Origin: a bacterium
Lineage (GTDB): Bacteria; RBG-13-61-14; DATKZS01
Reading direction: 5' to 3'
NCBI GenBank assembly: GCA_046484135.1
Contig: JAWOBU010000078.1
Coordinates: 1-13,788, forward strand
Length of the DNA: 13,788 nucleotides
The notes under the pieces were generated by a model. The model saw only the letters and a list, made by a program, of their open reading frames with translations, did no database searches and was not told the origin of the DNA. Positions 1 through 6,900 of this stretch are shown piece after piece (positions within the stretch are counted from its first letter, which is position 1; every line of letters begins with the position of its first letter). A program made the position numbers and the translations under genes.

Positions 1-50
1 GATGTGGCGCAACAACTTGGAATAAAAGGAAATAAAGTGGGTCCAAATTC

Positions 51-545
51 TTAAACCTTCAGGGGGAGATATTGGCGCACCGCATGTGCTCCCGTCCATT
101 TGCGCTTACCCTCGCCGTCCGTAACCGAGAGGTCGGCGGGATGCACGTTCACTCCCGTATAAGCGTGGATCAGCTCGGGAGAGGCTATGGACATGTAGCC
201 GGCGTAGATGGCCACTTCCGCCTGCAAAGGCTTTAAGAGCTCGAGGTTGTGCCGGTCGAAGTCCCTTCTTCTTTCCAGGTCTTTCCTTTGAACGTTGTGT
301 TTTCGAAGCCAGCCTCTGAGGTCGTGAGTGATGACCGGTATGTCAAAGTCGTGCCCGATCCCGGTCGCACTCGACTCCCACGAGTCGCTGAAGATGCCGG
401 CGATCCTGATCAGCTCCCGGCCTTCCCGTTCTTTAAGCTTTTTTTCGTGTTCGAGGATTTTTCTCAAGTTGGTGCCGCTGCCGCTCATAAGAGCGACCGC
501 CAGTAATGGCCCCTTTTCCGGGTCATGTATCGGTTTCGGCGGCAT
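51..545 (-). pseudogene. purN: PurN-like phosphoribosylglycinamide (GAR) formyltransferase, apparently C-terminally truncated
   Basis: Has the N-terminal phosphate-binding loop LMSGSGTNL, the folate-binding AGYM and the catalytic N-x-H motif NVHPADL, then GAHAVR. It stops 7 residues later (QYLPLKV*) without the G/SxTxH...DxG segment that carries the catalytic Asp. A good GGAGGG RBS lies 5 nt before the ATG. Confidence 0.7.
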
Positions 546-550
546 ACTAA

Positions 551-556
551 CCCTCC
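551..556 (-). promoter_or_regulatory. Shine-Dalgarno sequence of the purN-like gene
   Basis: Minus strand reads GGAGGG-TTAGT-ATG(545). Confidence 0.7.
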
Positions 557-583
557 GATCCTCTAAAGCGCCGGCATCCTGTT

Positions 584-612
584 AGCTTAAGCATCAAATT
601 GAAAATGTCCAA
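584..612 (-). promoter_or_regulatory. Possible sigma70-type promoter for the purN-like gene
   Basis: Minus strand TTGGAC (612-607), 17-nt spacer, TAAGCT (589-584), within the 177-bp lolD-purN intergenic region. Partial consensus match only. Confidence 0.3.
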
Positions 613-667
613 GCCCGGCGGAATTGCTGTTTCACGTCGTTCTTTTTCCAAGTAAGATTTGATTTCA

Positions 668-691
668 CGCAAAGCCGCAAAGGCGCAAAAG
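668..691. repeat. Short intergenic tandem repeat, 3 x 8 nt (CGCAAAGC-CGCAAAGG-CGCAAAAG)
   Basis: Read directly at 668-675, 676-683 and 684-691. A fourth degenerate unit GGCAAAGC lies at 704-711. Confidence 0.65.
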
Positions 692-722
692 GAAAAAAAC
701 ATGGGCAAAGCGCTTGTGAGGA

Positions 723-1418
723 TTACTCGATGCTTTGTATCATTCCGTCGTGGAGGCGGATGATTCGGTCCATGCGGCGTGCCAGGGCCTCGTTGTGGGT
801 TACGATAAGTGCGGTGATGTTCTTTTCCCGGTTGAGCTTCAGGATCAGGTCTTCCACTGTTTTCCCGGTGGTCGCGTCCAGGTTGCCGGTGGGCTCGTCC
901 GCGAGTATGAGAGAAGGCTCGAGCAATACGGCCCTGCTCAACGCCACTCTCTGTTGTTCCCCTCCGGAGAGCTCGCCGACCTTATGACTCAGCCGATCAG
1001 CCAGTCCGAGCTCGGTGAGTATCTCTTCCGCCTTTTCTTTTGCCCGGGAGGCGGGGATACGGGCGATCAGTGCCGGCATCATGGTGTTTTCCAGCGCGGT
1101 GAACTCCGGGAGCAGGTGATGGAACTGGAACACGAAGCCGAGGTGCACGTTTCGGAACCGGGCGAGCTCCCTGGCTTGCATCCGGTTTATTTCGTTGCCG
1201 TCTATCAGTACCCTGCCCCGGGTGGGAAGCTCCAGCGCTCCCAGGATATGGAGCAAGGTAGACTTTCCCGCTCCCGAGACTCCTACCACCGCCACGGTCT
1301 CTCCCCGCCTGATCTCCAGGTCTATCCCTTTCAAGACCCTGACCTCTCCCTCGTTCCGGTAAAAGCTCTTGTCCAGGTCTTCCAGGCGCACGAGCGGTTC
1401 TGTGGTTGCATTATCCAT
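723..1418 (-). CDS. lolD: Lipoprotein-releasing ABC transporter ATP-binding protein LolD (231 aa)
   Basis: Walker A GVSGAGKS, GFVFQFHHLLPEFTALEN, signature LSGGEQQR, Walker B LILADEPTGNLD and H-loop VTH. The likely start is MDNATTEP at 1418, overlapping the permease stop (TGATG). The ORF-track extension to 1880 overlaps the permease in another frame and is spurious. Confidence 0.93.
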   Translation of the reverse strand: MDNATTEPLVRLEDLDKSFYRNEGEVRVLKGIDLEIRRGETVAVVGVSGAGKSTLLHILGALELPTRGRVLIDGNEINRMQARELARFRNVHLGFVFQFHHLLPEFTALENTMMPALIARIPASRAKEKAEEILTELGLADRLSHKVGELSGGEQQRVALSRAVLLEPSLILADEPTGNLDATTGKTVEDLILKLNREKNITALIVTHNEALARRMDRIIRLHDGMIQSIE

Positions 1419-2647
1419 CACTCGTACCTCAGCGATTCGGCGGGCTTGCTGCGGGCCGCCTGCCAGGAGGGATAGAGGGTGGTGAGGAAAGAAAGCAGTA
1501 TCGCCCCCAAGGCCACGCCTACAACGTTGAACCAGGTCAGATTCATGGGAACGGCGGAGAACTGGTAGATGGAGGGGTCGAACTTGAGGATGGGATGTAC
1601 GTTCTGGATGTAACAAAGGACCACCCCCACTATCACACCCAGCAGTGTCCCGATCACTCCGATTATGGTCCCCTGGGTGATAAAAATTCGCATGATCCCG
1701 CCGTCGGTGGCTCCCATGCTTTTCAAAATGGCGATGTCCCGGTACTTCTCCATGACCACCATAAGCAGCATGGACACGATATTGAAGCAGGCCACCAGCA
1801 TGATGAGCGACAGCACCAGCCCGGAGAGGAGCTGCTCCATCTTGAGCGCGGCAAACAGCCCCCGCTGCTGTTCCCACCACGTTTCCACCGTGTACATGGA
1901 CCCGAGCTTCTCCCGGAGCTTGTCCTTGGTTTGGCCCACGTTATAGATGTTGTCGGTTTTTATCTCGACCGCGTCCACCTTGTCGCCCCGCTTGAAGAGC
2001 TTCCGGGCCAGGTCTATGTTTACCAGGGCCACTCCCGAGTCCACCTGGTAGAACCCGAACTCGTAAACGCAGGCCACCTGGAACCTTCGGAAGGAGGGCG
2101 CCAGCCCCAATGGAGACATCTTTCCCTCCGGGATGATCATGGTGAGATCGCTGCCTTCATACACCCCCAGCTTGTGGGCCAGCTCCTTTCCCACGCAGAT
2201 GGGCGGAGCACCGGTCTTGTCCGGCCCTGTTTGCAAATCATGGACAGACCCCCGAAGCATGTGCCCCGAAAGCGACATGACCTGGTCCGCGGTGGAGGGA
2301 TCAATGCCCCGGATCATGACCCCCGCGCTCTGGCTTCCCCCTTTCAGCATTACCTGCTCCGTGACATAGGAGCTGGCGCCCGTTATCTCCGCCAGCTCGC
2401 TTGCCTCCCGGATCACCTTGTCCGGGTTCTTGATACCCCCGAAACCGTAAACGGTGAGATGGGCGTTGAAGCCCAGGATTTTGTCCCGCATGTAATCCTG
2501 GACCCCGTCCATGCCGGCCAGCACGATGATGAGCGCCGCCACCCCCACCATTACGCCGGTTATGGATATGCCCGTGATCACGGACACAAAGGTCTGGCGC
2601 CGCTTGGCCTTTAAATAACGCAGTCCGATAAAATACTCGTACTTCAT
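1418..2647 (-). CDS. lolE: Lipoprotein-releasing ABC transporter permease, LolC/LolE family (single copy, LolF-like)
   Basis: N-terminus IGLRYLKAKRRQTFVSVIT..GVMVGVAALIIVLA.MDG, a periplasmic MacB-like domain, and FtsX-type C-terminal motifs VACFNIVSML.MVVMEK.RDIAILKSMGAT and YPSWQAARSKPAESLRYE. Translationally coupled to lolD. Confidence 0.92.
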   Translation of the reverse strand: MKYEYFIGLRYLKAKRRQTFVSVITGISITGVMVGVAALIIVLAGMDGVQDYMRDKILGFNAHLTVYGFGGIKNPDKVIREASELAEITGASSYVTEQVMLKGGSQSAGVMIRGIDPSTADQVMSLSGHMLRGSVHDLQTGPDKTGAPPICVGKELAHKLGVYEGSDLTMIIPEGKMSPLGLAPSFRRFQVACVYEFGFYQVDSGVALVNIDLARKLFKRGDKVDAVEIKTDNIYNVGQTKDKLREKLGSMYTVETWWEQQRGLFAALKMEQLLSGLVLSLIMLVACFNIVSMLLMVVMEKYRDIAILKSMGATDGGIMRIFITQGTIIGVIGTLLGVIVGVVLCYIQNVHPILKFDPSIYQFSAVPMNLTWFNVVGVALGAILLSFLTTLYPSWQAARSKPAESLRYE

Positions 2648-2670
2648 TAATAGTTATTTCCCGCTCCTGT

Positions 2671-3660
2671 TTACGACTCCCGGTTTTCCCGCCGGGCCTT
2701 TCTCTTGTAGAAGTGGCGGGCCAGGGTCCGGTGATACTGGGTGAACTCCTCGTCCTGGTTGGGGTCCTCCTCGATGGAGGTCAAGAGTATCTTGGTCTTG
2801 GCTTCCAACTGGTCGGAGCAGTGCACGATCATGGCCTCCGGGGTCATGGGGACCACCGGCGAGCCCCACTCCTTCTCTCCGTGGTGCGACAGGATGATGT
2901 GATCAAGCTCCATCAGAAGGTCTTCGGGAAGCTCGGGTATGGTCGCCGCTTTTTCCCGCAACATGGCCGACCCCAGCGCCAGGTGCCCGACCAGGTACCC
3001 CTCGTCCGTGTAGCCTATCTCGACCCGGGAGTCGAGCTCCCGTATCTTGCCCGCGTCATGGAGGATACAGCCCGCGATCAGCATGTCCCGGTCCAGGTCC
3101 TCCCCGTAAAGATCATACGCGGAAAGGGCGATCCGGGTCACGTTCAGGGTATGCTCGACCAGCCCGCCCTGGTAGACGTGATGGACGTTGCGGGCGGCCG
3201 CGGATATCTTAAACCCCTCCATGAACTCCCGGTCCTCGAAGAAAGCCTCCATGAGCTCCCGGAGCGGAGCGGATTCCAGGGACTCACAAAGCTCGCGAAG
3301 CTCGGAAACCATGTCCTCCGCGTCCCGCGTGCTCTTTTTAATGAGCGACTCCCAGTCCAGCTCCTCCTCCCGGCCTACCGGACGCAAGTCGGAAATCTTG
3401 AGCTGCTTCTTGCCCATGTACTGCTCCACCATGGCCTTGACCTTGATCACGTCGCCGCGCTGGAAAAGGTCGGAGAGCTCTTCCGCCCGGTCCCACACCT
3501 TGCCGTTCACCTGGCCGGACCTGTCCGCCAGGTCCACGTCCAGGTAGGGCTTGTTGTTGCGGGTGGTCAGGTTTCGCTTGGACTTCACCACGAAAAAGTC
3601 GGTAACCTTTTCGCCGACCTCCAGGTCCCTTATATATTTTCGTCCTGCTTCGCTCCCCAT
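2671..3660 (-). CDS. yhaM: 3'-5' exoribonuclease YhaM/CBF1 family (OB fold + HD domain)
   Basis: N-terminal OB fold (KPYLDVDLADRSGQVNGKVWD). HD-domain motifs AARNVHHVYQGGLVEHT, ILHDAGKIREL, GYLVGH, HIILSHHGEKEWGSPVVPMTPEAMIVH..D. Strong RBS AGGAGGAG 5 nt upstream. Confidence 0.9.
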   Translation of the reverse strand: MGSEAGRKYIRDLEVGEKVTDFFVVKSKRNLTTRNNKPYLDVDLADRSGQVNGKVWDRAEELSDLFQRGDVIKVKAMVEQYMGKKQLKISDLRPVGREEELDWESLIKKSTRDAEDMVSELRELCESLESAPLRELMEAFFEDREFMEGFKISAAARNVHHVYQGGLVEHTLNVTRIALSAYDLYGEDLDRDMLIAGCILHDAGKIRELDSRVEIGYTDEGYLVGHLALGSAMLREKAATIPELPEDLLMELDHIILSHHGEKEWGSPVVPMTPEAMIVHCSDQLEAKTKILLTSIEEDPNQDEEFTQYHRTLARHFYKRKARRENRES

Positions 3661-4946
3661 GCGTTCTCCTCCTGCGGAAGATGTTCGGACAATAGCTCCA
3701 TGGTCTTTCGAGTGGCCCCTGCGCTTTGTTGTATCATATCCAGCGCCTTTTGTCCCGCCCGTTCCCGGGAAGACGGGTCATCCATCCACCCGGAGACCAC
3801 TCTTACCACGTCCTCCGAACCGCGCACCTCATACGCTCCGCCCTGCTCGATCATCCTCTCCGCCTCCGGGCTGTTATGATGGACCGGGCCCGTCAGCACC
3901 GGCAGACCCATGCCCGCCGGCTCCATCACGTTGTGGACCCCCTGCTGAAAGCTCCCGCCTACGTACGCGGCATGGCCTTTTTTGTAGAGTTTATAAAGAA
4001 CGCCCACCGTATCAACCACCACCACCCTGTCTCCTTGCTTGCCCTCTTCCCGCAAGGACCGGTAGCGCTGATGGGGTATGTTCCGCGCCTGGAGGAAATC
4101 CTCGATCTCCGCAAGGTGTCGGTCCGACGGCTCGTGGGGCGCGACAACCGCGGACAGGCCGGGATACTTCTCCAGGAGCTCTGCCAGGGCGGGCAACACC
4201 CTTTCGTGGTCCTGCGGCCAGGTGGATGCCAGTATCAACACCAACTCGTTATCCGGCAGGGGCCGAAGGTCCGGGTCGGAAACGGCTACCGACCGGCAGC
4301 GGGCCAGGGTCTCGTCGAACCGGCAGTTGCCCGTAACCGAGACGGTAGCGGAGGGGACCCCCAAATGCCGGAAGCGGCGGGCGCTGTCGTCGTCAATGGC
4401 CCCCACAGCCTGAAGACGCGAGTACACCCGCGAAAACAGGAGCCGGGCGGGGAAGCGGTACCTTCCCGAGACTGCGGGCAGGCGCGCGTTTACAAGAAAA
4501 AGGGGAATGTTGCGGGCATGGGCCTCCCACGCCAGCGCCGGCCATACGTCATAGCTGCTCCAGACCACCAGGTCCGGCCGCACCAGATTCAGAAACCTTT
4601 TCACCCGGCCGGGCGTATCGAGCGGCGAAGGCGTAACCAGGTCCGCGGAGTCCTTCAGGAGCTTATCGGTAAGCGAAGGCGATGTGTAAGAAAGGACCAG
4701 GTAAGGCGGGTCCTTGCAAGAGCGTAAGGCCCGGAGCACCGGCCGCGCTTCCAAAAGCTCGCCCGCCGAAGCCACGTGGACCATGATCCGGAAACGACCG
4801 TCATCTCCGGCTTCGCGTTCGAGCCTTTCAAACATGTCCTCCCTTATGCGAAAGAACTCCCGCGCCTTGGGGTTTATCAGGGCCGCCAGCCGGTATCCGC
4901 CGGCCATCATGGGGGCGATAAGGTATTTATACAAAAGTTCGATCAT
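3630..4946 (-). CDS. waaA: 3-deoxy-D-manno-octulosonic acid (Kdo) transferase, GT30
   Basis: N-terminal hydrophobic anchor, HVASAGE (consensus HAxSVGE), PLD...F...RPD, VNARL, VTGNCRFD, ASTW, VAPHEP, VDTVGVL..LY, YVGGSF...HNVMEPA..GLPVLTGP. Lies next to a heptosyltransferase. Confidence 0.9.
   Translation of the reverse strand: MIELLYKYLIAPMMAGGYRLAALINPKAREFFRIREDMFERLEREAGDDGRFRIMVHVASAGELLEARPVLRALRSCKDPPYLVLSYTSPSLTDKLLKDSADLVTPSPLDTPGRVKRFLNLVRPDLVVWSSYDVWPALAWEAHARNIPLFLVNARLPAVSGRYRFPARLLFSRVYSRLQAVGAIDDDSARRFRHLGVPSATVSVTGNCRFDETLARCRSVAVSDPDLRPLPDNELVLILASTWPQDHERVLPALAELLEKYPGLSAVVAPHEPSDRHLAEIEDFLQARNIPHQRYRSLREEGKQGDRVVVVDTVGVLYKLYKKGHAAYVGGSFQQGVHNVMEPAGMGLPVLTGPVHHNSPEAERMIEQGGAYEVRGSEDVVRVVSGWMDDPSSRERAGQKALDMIQQSAGATRKTMELLSEHLPQEENAWGAKQDENI
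3666..3673 (-). promoter_or_regulatory. Shine-Dalgarno sequence of yhaM, embedded in the waaA 3' end
   Basis: Minus strand AGGAGGAG-AACGC-ATG(3660). Confidence 0.75.
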
Positions 4947-4960
4947 GGGCTGTTATCGTT

Positions 4961-6001
4961 TCAGCTTTCCCTTTCCATGACTTTTTCCGCTTCTTTGACC
5001 ACTTGGTCCGGAGCGATCATCCTCATGCAATCATGATGTCCCTCGGGGCATTCCCGGTCCCCGTGCAGGGTGCAGGGCCGGCAGGACAGGCCGTGGACTT
5101 CAACCGTCCCGGACCTCTTCCCCTGCGGATAAAAGCCCAGCTCCCGGCTGGTGGGACCGAACACCGCCACCAGCGGACGATTCAGGGCAGCCGCTATATG
5201 CATAAGGCCGGAATCGTTGGAGAGGACCACACTGGCTTTTGCAAGCACCGCCGCCGACTCGGCCAGGGAAAGCCGACCGGCCAGGTTAATGGCCTGGACT
5301 CCCTTTTCAGCCAGGTCAGCCGAGATGAAAGAACAGACCGTCAGGTCGGACTCGTCGCCGACCATTACCACCGCCTTTTCCGTGCCGGCGAGACTTGTCG
5401 CGGCTTCGCCAAAGCCTTCCGCGCTCCAGCGCTTGGTGGGATAACTGGCTCCCGGCGCCAGGCACACGTACACCTCCGGAGGCTCCACTCCTTCTTCCGC
5501 GAGAACAGCCGTCGCTTTGGCGCGGCTCTCGGCCGGAAGGTAAAGCTCGGGAGCTCTGCCCTCCCGCGATACCCCGAAGTCTTCCAGCGCGCTGAAGTAC
5601 CGGTCACAAACCGGGGGCGCGTTATTTAAAAGGTTCACCCGGAAATTCTTGAGCAGAAGCCGGGCAAAGGTGTGCTTGCGGTAGGCTCTTTTCATGAACG
5701 CCCGGGTGCGGACCCTTAAGTAAGTGCTCCTTAAGTTGCAATGCAGGTCCAGTACAAGGTCATAGCCCTGCCGGTTGAGCCGGTTCTTAAGGTCCTTTAA
5801 GCCGCGAAAGCCCGTGTTCTTGTCAAAGGCCCACACCTGCCTCACCGCGGGATGTCCTTTTACAAGCTCCTTGTACTCCGTCTTTACCACGAAGTCTATG
5901 GAGGACCCGGGAAAGCGCTGGGCGAGAGCGGAAAGCACGGGGGTAGTAAGAATTATGTCGCCGATGGAAGAGAACCTTACAACCAGGATGGAGCCAATCA
6001 T
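4961..6001 (-). CDS. waaF: ADP-heptose:LPS heptosyltransferase, glycosyltransferase family 9 (WaaF-like)
   Basis: ILVVRFSSIGDIILTTP, YDLVLDLH, LAPGASYPTKRW, NLAGRLSL, SNDSGLMHIAAAL..P.VAVFGPT and C-terminal CRPC...C...HHDCM. I prefer the ATG at 6001 because it matches the family N-terminus and has AGGA upstream. In-frame ATGs at 6019 and 6028 are alternatives. The GT9 family is secure; WaaF versus WaaC or WaaQ is not. Confidence 0.82.
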   Translation of the reverse strand: MIGSILVVRFSSIGDIILTTPVLSALAQRFPGSSIDFVVKTEYKELVKGHPAVRQVWAFDKNTGFRGLKDLKNRLNRQGYDLVLDLHCNLRSTYLRVRTRAFMKRAYRKHTFARLLLKNFRVNLLNNAPPVCDRYFSALEDFGVSREGRAPELYLPAESRAKATAVLAEEGVEPPEVYVCLAPGASYPTKRWSAEGFGEAATSLAGTEKAVVMVGDESDLTVCSFISADLAEKGVQAINLAGRLSLAESAAVLAKASVVLSNDSGLMHIAAALNRPLVAVFGPTSRELGFYPQGKRSGTVEVHGLSCRPCTLHGDRECPEGHHDCMRMIAPDQVVKEAEKVMERES

Positions 6002-6026
6002 ATCCCGTTTTTCCTGCATCCGAGTC

Positions 6027-6035
6027 ATGGTAGCA
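6027..6035 (-). promoter_or_regulatory. Possible extended -10 promoter (TGcTACCAT) for the waaF-waaA-yhaM-lol operon
   Basis: Minus strand TG-C-TACCAT fits TGn-TAnnnT. No convincing -35. Confidence 0.3.
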
Positions 6036-6086
6036 GAGGAAACTAACTAAAACCAGCTTTTGAAACATGACTTGTAACCCTTGATC

Positions 6087-6114
6087 TTGACATATAAAAT
6101 TTAGAAGGTATTAT
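6087..6114 (+). promoter_or_regulatory. Sigma70-type promoter for the receiver/TPR block
   Basis: Perfect -35 TTGACA (6087-6092), 16-nt spacer, -10 TATTAT (6109-6114), in an AT-rich divergent intergenic region. Confidence 0.65.
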
Positions 6115-6168
6115 GTGATTATGATAAAAATCAACAACACCACAGAGGTTCTCCCAAGCCTGTTTTTC

Positions 6169-6174
6169 GAGGAG
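6169..6174 (+). promoter_or_regulatory. Shine-Dalgarno sequence for the TTG start at 6182
   Basis: GAGGAG 7 nt upstream of TTG(6182). Confidence 0.65.
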
Positions 6175-6181
6175 ATATGGT

Positions 6182-6760
6182 TTGTCGGCAGATAAAGAAA
6201 AGCTCTACTGTCCCAGTTGCGGCGAGAACGTCGAGTACTTTGTCATGCTTTCCGAGGGGGACGAGCTCAAGCACTGCTCGATCTGCGGGCTTATTCTCCA
6301 GGACGAGCCGGAGCAGGAATCCGAACCTATTAAGACCCTCCAGCACGTGATAGCCGCAGAGGACTCGCCCGTGCTCCTCCGGACGGTCAGCCGGATGCTG
6401 CAGGACAAAAAGATCACCAAGACGGTGGACGCCTGCAAGGACGGCGAGGAGTTCATCTCCACGGTGGTGGACCGGATCAAGGATAAGCAACTCATCTCCC
6501 TTGTTATCCTTGACGTTAACATGCCGATTTTGAACGGGATTAACGCCGCGGTCCTCCTCCGGGCCATAGAAAAAGGATATGAGAAAACGAAGCCGGTTCC
6601 CATTCTCTTTTTCACGTCCTACAAGTGTGACGACACCTTCAAAAAGGTGCTCAAGTACTGTGCTCCGGCCAAGTACATCAACAAGGGCACCGGCTCATCC
6701 GCGGAGGAGTTCGCCGAGCGGCTCTACCATGTAGTAGCTCAGCTACTCGCCGAAAGATAG
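6182..6760 (+). CDS. Response regulator receiver (REC) protein with N-terminal zinc ribbon and no C-terminal output domain
   Basis: C10-x2-C13-x18-C32-x2-C35, an acidic linker, then REC motifs: VIAAED (E60/D61), LVILDVNMPILNG (D111 phosphoacceptor), PILFFTS (T145), YINK (K168). TTG start with a well-spaced SD. Confidence 0.85.
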   Translation: MSADKEKLYCPSCGENVEYFVMLSEGDELKHCSICGLILQDEPEQESEPIKTLQHVIAAEDSPVLLRTVSRMLQDKKITKTVDACKDGEEFISTVVDRIKDKQLISLVILDVNMPILNGINAAVLLRAIEKGYEKTKPVPILFFTSYKCDDTFKKVLKYCAPAKYINKGTGSSAEEFAERLYHVVAQLLAER

Positions 6761-6900
6761 AACCTGTTTCGATAAAAGAGGCACAAGCCTCGAGGTCTCT
6801 GCCGGGCAAGGGCAACGGTTAAGGCTTAATCTTCCATCCGCAGGACAGAACAGACCGCAAAGGTTTATCCATAATAATGAGCAGGAAGTGATGGTGTGCC

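Noticed and set aside
667..676. ACGCAAAGCC resembles the core of a c-di-GMP-I (GEMM) riboswitch
   Set aside because: The upstream GGCAAAC...GAAA stem is absent, the motif is on the opposite strand to the flanking genes, and the tandem repeat explains it.
1419..1880. 154-aa N-terminal extension of LolD in the ORF track
   Set aside because: It is an alternate frame of the permease gene. LolD similarity begins at the ATG at 1418, which is coupled to the permease stop.
5025..5085. Cys cluster CRPC...C...C at the GT9 C-terminus as a novel metal site
   Set aside because: This tail is common in GT9 heptosyltransferases.
1406..5629. Long plus-strand ORFs (1406-2614, 2713-3879, 3551-4336, 3726-4727, 5003-5629) opposite the envelope operon
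   Set aside because: They are antisense shadows of well-supported genes, caused by GC-rich codon bias. They have His/Gly/Arg/Pro-skewed composition and no family motifs.
6177..6179. ATG just after the GAGGAG SD as the receiver gene start
   Set aside because: It is out of frame with the REC domain and only 2 nt from the SD. The TTG at 6182 has proper spacing.
6159..6772. CCTGTTTTTCGA (6159-6170) and CCTGTTTCGA (6763-6772) flanking the receiver gene as a possible cassette boundary
   Set aside because: The match is short and imperfect, and there is no recombinase or other sign of mobility. It is compatible with chance.
6778..6791. Hairpin GAGGC-ACAA-GCCTC after the receiver gene as a terminator
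   Set aside because: The stem is only 5 bp with no U-tract, too weak to call an intrinsic terminator.
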